Assembly: GCA_964452565.1 (NCBI GenBank)
Contig: CAYVLY010000001.1
Location: 14,638 to 78,637, forward strand
Origin: an uncultured Gammaproteobacteria bacterium
GTDB taxonomy: Bacteria; Patescibacteriota; Patescibacteriia; UBA9934
Direction of reading: 5' to 3'
DNA length: 64,000 nt
Below the pieces are notes generated by a model. It was not told where the DNA came from. It saw nothing but the letters and a program-made list of their open reading frames with translations, and ran no database searches. Shown in pieces: positions 49,002 through 58,726 of this stretch (positions are counted from its first letter, which is position 1; every line of letters starts with the position of its first letter). The position numbers and the translations under genes are program-made.

Positions 49002-50036
49002 ATGCCTTCATGGTGGATATATCCAGTAATACTTAGTTTTCTGATCTCATTGCTTTTGTGTGATGTGGGACGTACTTTGGGTCGTAAGTGGGGGTTTATT
49101 GATGAGCCGCGTGTTAGCCGTAAAAAACAAAAAGGCGGGGTATCGACTCTTGGTGGAGTTGCGATTTTTATTGCGGTTTCGATTAGTTCGATTGGCGTCT
49201 TGCTATTTTCAGATGTTTTAACTGGTGGCGCGATGAAAAACCTTCATTTTATTGGGTATCTCCTTGGAGGTTCAACCTTGGTGATTGGAGGCTTGATTGA
49301 TGATAGGTTCGATCTCAGAGCGCGATATTCGATCTTATTCCCGATCGCAGCAGCTTTGATCGCGGCAGGCTTTGGTATCGGTGTATCAAAAATAACAAAC
49401 CCTCTTGGTGGTTTTTTCGAAGTCGGAGATCTCTTGTCGTTTGGTGTGACTTTTGTGTGGCTTTTGGGTATGACGTACGTGACCAAGTTGCTCGATGGAC
49501 TCGATGGCCTTGCATCAGGGGTAAGTTCAATCGCAGGCCTTATGATGGGCTTTCTGGCGCTCTCTGTTGCGTTTTACCAACCAGATGCGGCACTACTCTC
49601 GTTTTTGATCGTTGCGGCATTCCTAGGCTTTTTAGTGTGGAATTGGAACCCTGCAAGTATTTATCATGGTGAAGCAGGAAGTACCTTTGTTGGTTATTCA
49701 ATTGGAGTTTTAGCTGTGATTGGAGGAGGGAAGTTTGCTACTGCTTTACTAGTCGTTGCGATTCCGTTATTTGATATTCTTTTCGTGCTTTGGGACCGAT
49801 ATCGTAGCGGGGTACCACTTTTTGCAGGAGATAGGCGGCATTTACATTTCAGACTTCGTGATCTTGGGCTTAGTACACGTTCGATAGTCTTGATCTACTA
49901 TGGAGTCGCGCTTTTGTTTGGACTTTCAACATTGGTTTTTGAAAGTTGGCAAAAGATAGTGGCGCTTGCAGTTCTGTTTGTCGGTTTACTCATTTCGATT
50001 TATTACATTCAAAAATGTCAAAAGAAGACGCGCTAA
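49002..50036 (+). CDS. MraY/WecA/TagO-family polyprenyl-phosphate sugar-1-phosphate transferase
   Basis: LGGVAIF, GLIDD, LLDGLDGLA, NWNPASI, DRRHLH. Confidence 0.9.
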   Translation: MPSWWIYPVILSFLISLLLCDVGRTLGRKWGFIDEPRVSRKKQKGGVSTLGGVAIFIAVSISSIGVLLFSDVLTGGAMKNLHFIGYLLGGSTLVIGGLIDDRFDLRARYSILFPIAAALIAAGFGIGVSKITNPLGGFFEVGDLLSFGVTFVWLLGMTYVTKLLDGLDGLASGVSSIAGLMMGFLALSVAFYQPDAALLSFLIVAAFLGFLVWNWNPASIYHGEAGSTFVGYSIGVLAVIGGGKFATALLVVAIPLFDILFVLWDRYRSGVPLFAGDRRHLHFRLRDLGLSTRSIVLIYYGVALLFGLSTLVFESWQKIVALAVLFVGLLISIYYIQKCQKKTR

Positions 50037-50476
50037 AAATCGCTTTGGTGATAATGGGATTGGTTATCGCAGCAATTTTGGTGATGTTTGTGTTTCTACA
50101 GGAGCAGGAAATAGAAAGAACACAGATTATAATCAATGATCATGTACTTGATGTGTACATTGCGCAGACTTCAGCTGAACATGCGCAGGGGTTATCAGGC
50201 ATTGATTTATCTGAATTCGATGCCGATGGAATGTTATTTATATTTGAGGATCCAATCGAGCGAACGTTTTGGATGAAGGATATGGAGTTTGCAATAGATA
50301 TAGTATGGATCAGAGACAGTGAAATAGTTGAGATCGAAGAGGGGCTTTCTGTTCCTAATAATCAAGATATTCTATATATGTACTCTGATCCATACAAGGT
50401 CGACGCTGCCCTTGAGCTGCCTGCCGGGGATGTGGATAAGTATGGTATTGACTTAAATCAAAAAGTGAGCTTTTGA
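50015..50476 (+). CDS. DUF192 protein
   Basis: GMLFIF, FWMKDM.FAIDIVWI, ALELPAG. Confidence 0.9.
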   Translation: MSKEDALKIALVIMGLVIAAILVMFVFLQEQEIERTQIIINDHVLDVYIAQTSAEHAQGLSGIDLSEFDADGMLFIFEDPIERTFWMKDMEFAIDIVWIRDSEIVEIEEGLSVPNNQDILYMYSDPYKVDAALELPAGDVDKYGIDLNQKVSF

Positions 50477-50481
50477 ATGAG

Positions 50482-50510
50482 TAAATGCCAACTCTCGGTG
50501 TTGGCATTTA
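50482..50510. terminator. terminator hairpin
   Basis: taaatgccaac-tctcggt-gttggcattta. Confidence 0.7.
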
Positions 50511-50563
50511 AAAAAGCAGTGAAGCCGCCCCGTGCGGGCGGCTTTTGGGGTTCGCGAGTTAGG

Positions 50564-50788
50564 CTATATAAGGAATGCTACGGGCATGAGCAGCAATCCG
50601 AGGATCGCGAGTACGATCGAAGCGATCCGCTTGCGTCGGATCGAACGCTTGGCGCCGCTCCAACACATTCCACGGCTTGAGGAGCCCTCGAATGCTTCAT
50701 CAAGCCTGATCTCGTCATCTGCAGCATCGAGCCATAGGTAGACGGCGGCACCAATGGCCAAGAGAGAAGCTATTATGAGCCAGAGCAT
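50564..50788 (-). CDS. small two-TM protein (cassette 9)
   Basis: AGGTGA SD; promoter-like TAGCCA-17-TAAGGT; 3' hairpin at 50522-50544. Confidence 0.65.
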   Translation of the reverse strand: MLWLIIASLLAIGAAVYLWLDAADDEIRLDEAFEGSSSRGMCWSGAKRSIRRKRIASIVLAILGLLLMPVAFLI

Positions 50789-50848
50789 ATTTCACCTGAA
50801 GAGATTGGGGTTGAAGATGGGACAAAGACTTCAACAACCTTATCACTA

Positions 50849-50877
50849 TTGACGAAGTTTGGCTATTTTGTTACTAT
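50849..50877 (+). promoter_or_regulatory. rplU promoter
   Basis: TTGACG-17 bp-TACTAT. Confidence 0.7.
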
Positions 50878-50961
50878 TTCGGCGTTAAATAAGTAAGGCT
50901 CGCAGGTGGTATCAACATATCGATTCAGATCGATAGACCCTATGCGGCCGTAAAAAACTAT

Positions 50962-51276
50962 ATGTTCGCAATTATTCAAACTGGTGGAAAACAGTACTTG
51001 GTCGAGGAAGGTCAGACCTTGAAGGTCGAAAAGCTCGATAACAAGGACGGTGATAAGATCGAGTTCGATGCATTGCTAGTTTCTGATGACAAAGGAAAAG
51101 AAACAAAAGTAGGGACTCCACTTGTACCAAATGCAAAGGTAACGGCTTCAGTAATCGAAACTGGAAAAGGCAAGAAGATTACAATCATCAAGTATAAGCC
51201 AAAGTCAAAGTATAGACGAAAGTCTGGTCACCGACAGCCATACACGGCTATCAAGATCGAAAAGATCACAGCATAA
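50962..51276 (+). CDS. rplU: 50S ribosomal protein L21
   Basis: MFAIIQTGGKQY...GHRQPYT. Confidence 0.97.
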   Translation: MFAIIQTGGKQYLVEEGQTLKVEKLDNKDGDKIEFDALLVSDDKGKETKVGTPLVPNAKVTASVIETGKGKKITIIKYKPKSKYRRKSGHRQPYTAIKIEKITA

Positions 51277-51289
51277 ACACACAAGCAAA

Positions 51290-52047
51290 AAAGCACCCGT
51301 TCGATATTCTCGAGCGGGTGTTTTGTTGAGCCTAATGTAAAAAAGTTATATTATGTACCCAATTAACAGTGATTTATGGGTAAGGTACTAAGTTTTCCTG
51401 GGTCTGGAGGTGTTGCAGGGGAAGGGGCTGGCAGGCGTCCAGGTGAGGATGATCGAAAGCAGGCCGAAGATGAGCGTCTGGATGGAGGTGAGTTAAAAGA
51501 AGACGCTGGCGAAGGTCAAGAAGCTTATGAAGATGGAGGGGTGGATTTAGGGCCCGAGGAAGAGGATAAGGAGCGTGGTCAGCTTATTTCGTTTGCTGAT
51601 GCAGCTAGGGCTGAAGCCCAGGCCCGTCAAGATGAGCAAGACGAAGATCCACTTGATCTTGATCAGTATGGCGACGATATGCTTTTTGGTTTGGGCTCTT
51701 TGAGGGGTGGAGGTGCCTTTGAGGGTAGTCACGGTGCCTATATGTCACGATTAATGGATGCATTGGAGCATGGCTCGAGATGGAGTAAGAAGGGTCAGAT
51801 AATGTCGGTATTGAGAACTTTACAAAGAGGATCGGCCTCACAAGTCGCAAGGAACGTGGCTCTTAGAAGAGACATGATTAAAGAATACAAAACAGAAGAG
51901 TTAGCAGATATCCTCGAAGGCAGCAAAGAACCTGATTGGACGGCCCAACCTAGTTACTATCAGGCAGTAATCCAGGAGCTAGATTCGCGTGATTATAGAG
52001 AATAGAGACAAAAAAACACCCGCTCGAGAATATCGAACGGGTGCTTT
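51290..52047. repeat. 35-bp perfect inverted repeat of a terminator hairpin (51290-51324, 52013-52047)
   Basis: aaagcacccgttcgatattctcgagcgggtgtttt and its exact reverse complement. Confidence 0.9.
51376..52005 (+). CDS. hypothetical protein with acidic disordered N-terminal half
   Basis: 209-aa ORF between two terminators. Confidence 0.7.
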   Translation: MGKVLSFPGSGGVAGEGAGRRPGEDDRKQAEDERLDGGELKEDAGEGQEAYEDGGVDLGPEEEDKERGQLISFADAARAEAQARQDEQDEDPLDLDQYGDDMLFGLGSLRGGGAFEGSHGAYMSRLMDALEHGSRWSKKGQIMSVLRTLQRGSASQVARNVALRRDMIKEYKTEELADILEGSKEPDWTAQPSYYQAVIQELDSRDYRE

Positions 52048-52050
52048 GTA

Positions 52051-52650
52051 TTACATTTCAGATCTACCGAGAAGCGCGTCGCCGAGGGTTACCTCGTCGG
52101 TATATTCGAGATCTGCGCCGATTGGGAGTCCGCGGGCTAATCGGGTCGCGCGTCGATCTAACTCTTTCACCTTACGCGCTAAGAACATCATGGTTGTCTC
52201 TCCGTGAACATCTGGAGAAAATGCAAGAATCACCTCTCGGATATCCGGATTCGATTCGATTCGATCAACCATCTCCTCAACCTTTAGCGTTTCCGGAGTC
52301 ATCCCATCGATCGGATTCAAGACCCCACCCAAGACGAGATACCTTCCATTATATGCATTAGCCGCCTCGATAGTTGAGATGTCTCGAGATTCCGACACAA
52401 CGCACAGCACGTCGCTCGATCGTTTATCATCAGTACATATCGAACAAATCGGATCTTCTGCATGCGCAAAACATTGTGAGCAGGTTTGAACATGCTGCAA
52501 ATCAACAATGGCGCGAGCTAATTGCTCGCGCTCATCTTGCCGCATCCGCAATAGAGTAAAGGCGTATCGAAGAGCTGTCTTTGGTCCTACGCCTGGAAAT
52601 CGAGTTAACGCTGCAACAACATTGTGAATTGGAGCAGGGAATTTTCGCAT
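52051..52650 (-). CDS. recR: recombination protein RecR
   Basis: PGVGPKTA.R, C4 zinc finger, TOPRIM, RLARGLP.G.DLEY.D. Confidence 0.97.
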   Translation of the reverse strand: MRKFPAPIHNVVAALTRFPGVGPKTALRYAFTLLRMRQDEREQLARAIVDLQHVQTCSQCFAHAEDPICSICTDDKRSSDVLCVVSESRDISTIEAANAYNGRYLVLGGVLNPIDGMTPETLKVEEMVDRIESNPDIREVILAFSPDVHGETTMMFLARKVKELDRRATRLARGLPIGADLEYTDEVTLGDALLGRSEM

Positions 52651-52651
52651 G

Positions 52652-52945
52652 TTAGCCCATCATGTCTTTAAGAGCATCAAGCCCTCCCATGTCTTTCATC
52701 TTTGCAGCCATTTCTTGCTGAAGTTTCTTTGACGCATCATTAAAAGCGTCTTGGACACCCTTTTCAATCTTTTCACGCTCAAGCTCTGGATTTATCTTAA
52801 CACCTTGAACCTTTTGATTTCCATCAACTGTGATCATGATCTTACCGCCCATGGCTTTCCCCACAATCATAATCTCAGCAAGTGCTGCCTGCATAGTTTT
52901 TGCCTGCGAACGCATGTCTTTTATCTGTTTGATCTTGTTGAACAT
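52652..52945 (-). CDS. ybaB: YbaB/EbfC nucleoid-associated protein
   Basis: GGKIMITVDGNQKV; adjacent to recR. Confidence 0.9.
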   Translation of the reverse strand: MFNKIKQIKDMRSQAKTMQAALAEIMIVGKAMGGKIMITVDGNQKVQGVKINPELEREKIEKGVQDAFNDASKKLQQEMAAKMKDMGGLDALKDMMG

Positions 52946-52992
52946 AGTATATTGTTAATTTAAGTATGCAGTAGGCAGTATACAGTATGCAG

Positions 52993-54450
52993 TTATTTTT
53001 GTGGAATATCAGCTCCTTTTGGCGGAACTCCTGGTGGCAGACCCACATTTGCAGGATTTGATTCAACTTGTTGCGTTTGAGCAGGAGGAGCAATGTGCTT
53101 TGTATCAAGGTTTTTGAAACTTGCGCGTTTCGCATCCCAAAATAGCTTTACCATTCCTGTTGGTCCGTTACGATGCTTTGCAATATGTACTTCTCCAGAG
53201 TTTCGCTCCTCAGGAGTAAGCTCTTCAAGCGAATAGTTTCTGTCCGCTGCTTTTCGATATAGGAACATCACCACATCAGCGTCTTGCTCAATGGATCCAG
53301 ATTCACGCAAATGTGAAAGTTTTGGAATTGCTGGTTTAGTTTGCTCAACTGCACGAGATAGCTGCGCCAATGCAAGAACTGGGACTTGAAGCTCACGACC
53401 GATCTGCTTGAGGCCTCTGCTGATTTCCGCAACTTCGTTAACACGGTTGTCGCTATTATTTGTTCGACCCTCCATAAGCTGGAGATAATCAATAACGATC
53501 ATTGACAGGCCGTGTTCTGCCTTGAGTCTACGAGCCTTAGCTCTAATATTCATGATATTAGCTGCAGGTGTGTCATCAATGTAAATCGGCGCGTCTGATA
53601 GTTTTGCAAGCGCATCGCCGATTCGAGGAAAATCATCATCACGATCAGATAGCCGTCCTGTGCGAAGTTTCCAAAGGTCGATATTACCTTCTGCGCAAAT
53701 CAAACGATCAACAAGCTGTTCCTTTGCCATTTCCAAAGAGAAGAGTCCGACAGGTTCTTTTGAGCGAAGTGCACAGTTGCGAATAATATCAAGCGCGAGT
53801 GATGTCTTACCAACAGAAGGGCGAGCTGCAAGAATAACAAGATCAGATTTCTGAAGTCCAGCAAGCAAGTTGTCAATTCCAGTGAATCCAGTGGGAATAC
53901 CGCGCAATTTACCTCGTTCTTTGTGAAGTTTATCAATTCGATCAAATGCGTCAGTCAGAATCGATCGAATTGGAGTAAATGCCTTTTGGATAAAGTTTGA
54001 AGAAACGTCAAACAGTTTTTGCTCAGCTTCATCAATAATTGAATCAATCTCATCGGTTTCGTTATATCCAAGTTCAGTAATTCGAGATGCTGCACCTAAA
54101 AGCCTGCGTAAAGTCGCTTTCTTTTGGATGATCTTTCCATAGTTTGCAACATGCGCCGAGGTAGTAACCCGATTGGTGATCTCAACAAGTGCTGTACGAC
54201 CGCCGATTCGATCAAGCATTTTCTTTTCCTCAAGCCTATTTCCAACAGTTAAGACATCTATCGGTTCGTGTCGCTCAAACAAGTCCAGCATTGTTTCAAA
54301 GATGATGCGGTGCGATTCTTTGTAAAAGTCATCTCCACGCACAACATCCATGACCCTAGCTAAGGATTCTTGATCAATGAAAATACTACCCAAAAGCGAC
54401 TCTTCAGCCTCTAGGTTGTGTGGAGGGATTTTTGATAATTCGCTCGGCAT
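52993..54450 (-). CDS. dnaB: replicative DNA helicase
   Basis: PPHNLEAE, ARPSVGKT, FSLEM, IDYLQLM, LRESGSIEQDAD, KHRNGPTG; no intein. Confidence 0.98.
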   Translation of the reverse strand: MPSELSKIPPHNLEAEESLLGSIFIDQESLARVMDVVRGDDFYKESHRIIFETMLDLFERHEPIDVLTVGNRLEEKKMLDRIGGRTALVEITNRVTTSAHVANYGKIIQKKATLRRLLGAASRITELGYNETDEIDSIIDEAEQKLFDVSSNFIQKAFTPIRSILTDAFDRIDKLHKERGKLRGIPTGFTGIDNLLAGLQKSDLVILAARPSVGKTSLALDIIRNCALRSKEPVGLFSLEMAKEQLVDRLICAEGNIDLWKLRTGRLSDRDDDFPRIGDALAKLSDAPIYIDDTPAANIMNIRAKARRLKAEHGLSMIVIDYLQLMEGRTNNSDNRVNEVAEISRGLKQIGRELQVPVLALAQLSRAVEQTKPAIPKLSHLRESGSIEQDADVVMFLYRKAADRNYSLEELTPEERNSGEVHIAKHRNGPTGMVKLFWDAKRASFKNLDTKHIAPPAQTQQVESNPANVGLPPGVPPKGADIPQK

Positions 54451-54563
54451 GTGTGTATCTTACCGAAGACCGTGCGATTATCAAGTGTGAACTGTGTAGA
54501 GAGTGGGGATCCCCTGTGAACTGAGCACCGTGTACTGTGTACTGTGATATAATTAAGTCAATT

Positions 54564-55703
54564 ATGACCACAAAATCAAAGAAATTTATTAGTGGCGCGC
54601 AGTCATTGATCGGTGCAGTAATTGGGGTTGGGATCTTTGGATTGCCTTACATTTTTTCGCAAGCAGGTTATGCGATAGGACTTACCCATTTGATTGTTAT
54701 TGGCGCTGTTAGTCTTACAATAGTCTTAGCATATGCTGAGATTGTACTGCATGCTAATGGACATCATCGACTATCTGGAAATGTAGAAGGTTTTTTGGGT
54801 CATTTTTGGGGACATGTCACAAGTATATCCCTATTTGCTGCAAACTGGGGGGCAATGCTTGCTTACATTATTTTGGGCGGAGAGTTTTTACATGCGCTTA
54901 CCGCATGGTTTTTTGGTGGAAGTGTTCTCATATTCCAGTTTGTATTTTTTGCAATCTGTGCCGCAATTTTGATTGGTGGCCTTGGATTTGTTTCACGCAC
55001 AGAATCAATATTTGTGTTTATTCTTATTGCGCTGTTGATTATCATAATCGGTGGCTCAGCACCTTATGTCGATGTCTCAAACTTGATGACAATCGAGCCC
55101 GCGCTTGCTTTTGCACCATTTGGAGTGGTGTTCTTTGCATTTGGTGGAACTGCAACTGTACCAGAAATGAAGGCCATATTGGGGCGACATAAGAGGCTAC
55201 TTAAAAAAGCAATTCTTTTGGCTTTTGGTGTTATAACAGCGGTTTATGTTTTGTTTACTGCGGCGGTTGTGAGTGTGACTGGAAATGATACGACTGAGGA
55301 GGCCATTCTCGGATTAGGAGATTATCTTGGCGATTGGGCAGTAATAGTTGGATCTTTGATAGGATTATTTGCAGTGTTTACAAGCTTCTTGATTCTTGGC
55401 GTGCAAGTGATGGATACGGCAATATACGATTACAAGGCTCGATACATGACTGGATGGGCTTGGGCCATCGCAGCTCCGTTCATTCTTTTTATCGTGGGCG
55501 CACGTGATTTCATTGGAGTAATCGGGTTCACTGGAGGTGTGTTTGGTGTGATTATTGGGTTGGTGGTAGTTTCAATGTACAAGAAGGCTAAAAAGAGTGC
55601 ACTGGCAACTAAGCGAAGATTCACAATCCCAAATTGGCTTTTGAATGTTGTGATTGTAATACTACTTCTAGGTATGGTCTCAACAATTGCAGGTGTGCTA
55701 TAG
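54564..55703 (+). CDS. aromatic amino acid (HAAAP-like) permease
   Basis: IGAVIGVGIFGLPY; about 11 TM segments. Confidence 0.85.
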   Translation: MTTKSKKFISGAQSLIGAVIGVGIFGLPYIFSQAGYAIGLTHLIVIGAVSLTIVLAYAEIVLHANGHHRLSGNVEGFLGHFWGHVTSISLFAANWGAMLAYIILGGEFLHALTAWFFGGSVLIFQFVFFAICAAILIGGLGFVSRTESIFVFILIALLIIIIGGSAPYVDVSNLMTIEPALAFAPFGVVFFAFGGTATVPEMKAILGRHKRLLKKAILLAFGVITAVYVLFTAAVVSVTGNDTTEEAILGLGDYLGDWAVIVGSLIGLFAVFTSFLILGVQVMDTAIYDYKARYMTGWAWAIAAPFILFIVGARDFIGVIGFTGGVFGVIIGLVVVSMYKKAKKSALATKRRFTIPNWLLNVVIVILLLGMVSTIAGVL

Positions 55704-55756
55704 ATTGACGGCCCAGGTTGTCCATTTCTAAAAACCAAACACCCAGCCACACCCCC

Positions 55757-56138
55757 TCCATCCCGAGCGAGCGGAGACCCGTCCGACGGGTCGGAGCGAG
55801 TCGAGGGATCTCAAGTTATATCTTCATACAAATCGCGAAATAGCAGATTCATTTGTCTAATGAGTCTATTTTTCTTTTTCCTACTCCAGCGTTTGATTTG
55901 GTACTCGCGATGGATTGCTTCATTTATATCGTCATATGTCTCGTAATAGATTAACTTGTGTACATTGTATTTTTCAGTAAAACCTTTAACAAAATTATTT
56001 TTGTGTTGATAAACACGTCTAATTAAGTCGGCAGTTGATCCGCAGTACACCACCACATTGTTCTTGTTTGCGAGTATGTAGAAATAGCCTTGCATAGACA
56101 TAAGCTTCAAGAGATCCCTCGGCGTTGCTCGGGATGGA
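55757..56138. repeat. inverted REP-like elements (55757-55812, 56111-56138) flanking the GIY-YIG gene
   Basis: tccatcccgagc...cgagggatctc / gagatccctcg...gctcgggatgga. Confidence 0.85.
55811..56101 (-). CDS. GIY-YIG nuclease family protein
   Basis: YFYIL...YCGST.DL.RR..QH...FT.KY....LIYYE...A..RE.QIKRWSR.KK. Confidence 0.92.
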   Translation of the reverse strand: MSMQGYFYILANKNNVVVYCGSTADLIRRVYQHKNNFVKGFTEKYNVHKLIYYETYDDINEAIHREYQIKRWSRKKKNRLIRQMNLLFRDLYEDIT

Positions 56139-56255
56139 AAGAATTAAGATTAGGACAAAATAAAAACCAGGAACGCGTCCTGGAATTTATTTTGACATCG
56201 AAAGTTGACTTTCGCCTCGTCCGTAATTATATTTCAGCATCTTGAATCCCCCATG

Positions 56256-56483
56256 TCAATCGTTATTGTGGAGAAGTTTGTTGTATATTTCGTTAAGTAC
56301 GTTTTTGCCAAGGTTCCTGGTTATCCATTCATCCCACTCTCCAGATTTAAACTCCTCATAGCTCATCATCTTGGCGTTATCAGTGTGGCCACTGCCTTGA
56401 TGACTGCCGATGGTTACACTGTTGCGATCGATATGCACGTAATGCGTTGTGTTTCCCTTAACTTTTTCCCAGACACCATTCAT
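56256..56483 (-). CDS. hypothetical protein
   Basis: Starts 2 nt after the folD stop, so probably operonic. Confidence 0.6.
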   Translation of the reverse strand: MNGVWEKVKGNTTHYVHIDRNSVTIGSHQGSGHTDNAKMMSYEEFKSGEWDEWITRNLGKNVLNEIYNKLLHNND

Positions 56484-56484
56484 A

Positions 56485-57312
56485 CTATTTCTGCATCTCA
56501 GCTGCCTCGGTAACGTTCTTTAAAAGAAATGCAACTGTAAGCGGCCCAACACCTCCTGGAACTGGACTTATAAAACCTGCAATGTCGTGAGTATCTTCTG
56601 CAACATCGCCGACATTCTTCCCGTCTTTCTTATTAGTACCAACATCGATAATTATTGCACCCTCTTTGACCATGTCAACTTTCACGAAGTCGGCTTCACC
56701 AACAGCTACTACGATTATATCTGCTGCACGAGTCTTACTAGCTAGAGCAGATTCATCTTTTCCAAAACGCTGAGATTCTATCTTATTTTCACTAAGAAGT
56801 ACTTTTATCGGTTCTGCAAAGATATCGCTATTACTGATAATCACAGCCTGCTTTCCTTCAAGTGGTTGATGGCTAGCTTTGATCAATTTTTCGATCGCGA
56901 GCGCTACAGGCGGAAAAATGGCCTCGTCTTTTTTACCCCAACGTGTTTTGTTCTCATCATGAAAGCCGTCAATGTCTTTTTTAGGGTCAAGCGCCGCAAT
57001 TATTTTATCTTCATCCTGATTTGGAAGAGGGAACTGTACAAGTATTCCATGAATATCATCGCGATCATTAAGTTCTTTGATTTGATCAATGAGTTCTCCA
57101 TTGCTCACATTCTCATCAAACTCAAAACGTTCAAAGTACATTCCAACCTCTTTAGCTGCTTTTTCTTTCAGTAATACATACAGCTTTGACGCTGGATTAT
57201 TGCCAACCAAAATAGCTGCAAGTCCCAATGGCTTATCATGCTTCTTTATTTCCTTTGCAACCTTGTCGCGGATTGTTTGTGCTAATTGTTTTCCTTGTAA
57301 TATTTCGGACAT
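56485..57312 (-). CDS. folD: methylenetetrahydrofolate dehydrogenase/cyclohydrolase
   Basis: GILVQFPLP, KDIDG, IIDVG, PVPGGVGP. Confidence 0.96.
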   Translation of the reverse strand: MSEILQGKQLAQTIRDKVAKEIKKHDKPLGLAAILVGNNPASKLYVLLKEKAAKEVGMYFERFEFDENVSNGELIDQIKELNDRDDIHGILVQFPLPNQDEDKIIAALDPKKDIDGFHDENKTRWGKKDEAIFPPVALAIEKLIKASHQPLEGKQAVIISNSDIFAEPIKVLLSENKIESQRFGKDESALASKTRAADIIVVAVGEADFVKVDMVKEGAIIIDVGTNKKDGKNVGDVAEDTHDIAGFISPVPGGVGPLTVAFLLKNVTEAAEMQK

Positions 57313-57313
57313 A

Positions 57314-58555
57314 CTAGTATTTAAGCTCTGGATATAGCGGGAACTTATCTGTTAGTTCTTTAACCGCAGAGCGAATACTAGCAAGTTTCTCTGTATTTTG
57401 CCAGTCTGTAATAGCTTCATCGATCCATCCTGCTATCTGTTTCATTTCTTCTTCTTTAAGACCGCGAGTAGTAATCGCGGGTGTTCCAAGCCGAATCCCA
57501 GAAGGATCCATTGGTGAACGTGGGTCATCTGGGATCATGTTTTTGTTAACTGTGATACCAGCTTCATCAAGCGCATGTTCAGCCTCGGCTCCTGATAAGT
57601 TCTTATTTGATACATCGATCAAAAGCAGATGATTATCAGTTCCGCCAAACATAAGCCTGTAGTCACGCGATCGAAGTTCTTCTTCAAGGACCTTGGCATT
57701 CTTCCGGATCTGAGCTGCATATTCTTTGAAAGACGGATCGAGGATCTCTTTAAATGCAACTGCTTTGGCAGCAATCACATTCTCATGGGGTCCGCCTTGA
57801 AGTCCAGGGAACACAGCTTTGTTCACAGCCTTTGCATGTTTTTTCTTACACATAATCATTCCACCACGTGGACCACGCAATGTTTTATGTGTTGTTGTTG
57901 TGACAACATCAAATATTGGCACTGGATTGTCCATCTCACCTCCAGCAATCAATCCAGCAATGTGTGCAATGTCTGCCATTGTGTAAGCACTAACCTCGTC
58001 TGCTATTTTTTTGATCTTTTCGTATTCAATCTCGCGAGAGTAAGCAGAGTAGCCAACAAGTACCAGCTTAGGCTTATGTTCTTGTGCAATCTCGCGCAAG
58101 TTATCAAGATCGATCAATCCTTCGGCATCTGTTTTGTATCGAACAAAGTTGTAGATTTTCGAAGATTGAGTTACTGGATGTCCGTGGGTTAAATGCCCAC
58201 CATGCGAGAGGTCCATTCCTAAAACAGTATCTCCAGGTTTGAGTAATGCTTCGTAAGCAGCGATGTTTGCTGGTGCTCCTGAAAGCGGCTGCACATTAAC
58301 ATGTTCAGCGCTAAAGATTTGTTTCGCGCGATCAATTGCAAGTGACTCAAGTGTATCAATGTGTATACACCCACCATAATAGCGTTTTCCAGGATAGCCT
58401 TCTGAGTATTTGTTTGTTGCAACAGATCCAAGTGCTTCGAGCACAGCCTCACTGACAAAGTTTTCTGACGGAATCATCTCAAGCCCTTCACGCTGTCTCC
58501 CAAGTTCACATTCAAGCGCGGTCGCAACATCAATATCGTAGTTTCGTAGTTTCAT
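57314..58555 (-). CDS. glyA: serine hydroxymethyltransferase
   Basis: NKYSEGYPGKRYYGG, HGGHLTHG, TTTHKTLRGPRGG. Confidence 0.98.
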   Translation of the reverse strand: MKLRNYDIDVATALECELGRQREGLEMIPSENFVSEAVLEALGSVATNKYSEGYPGKRYYGGCIHIDTLESLAIDRAKQIFSAEHVNVQPLSGAPANIAAYEALLKPGDTVLGMDLSHGGHLTHGHPVTQSSKIYNFVRYKTDAEGLIDLDNLREIAQEHKPKLVLVGYSAYSREIEYEKIKKIADEVSAYTMADIAHIAGLIAGGEMDNPVPIFDVVTTTTHKTLRGPRGGMIMCKKKHAKAVNKAVFPGLQGGPHENVIAAKAVAFKEILDPSFKEYAAQIRKNAKVLEEELRSRDYRLMFGGTDNHLLLIDVSNKNLSGAEAEHALDEAGITVNKNMIPDDPRSPMDPSGIRLGTPAITTRGLKEEEMKQIAGWIDEAITDWQNTEKLASIRSAVKELTDKFPLYPELKY

Positions 58556-58726
58556 AAATAAAATTATCGGTCAGCTAAGTCCAATAGGACCAGTAGGACC
58601 AGTGAATCAAGTAGATCAGATAGAAGTCGGATCACGTTGCATAATGAACTTATTGTACCTTCTGATCTTTCATTGTCCAACTCCCGGTGTTGGACAGAAC
58701 AGAAATCTGCTAAAATAGAGATAGAT

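Noticed and set aside
58556-58720. ZTP or THF riboswitch upstream of glyA-folD
   Set aside because: No recognisable consensus; the region holds short periodic repeats and one small hairpin.
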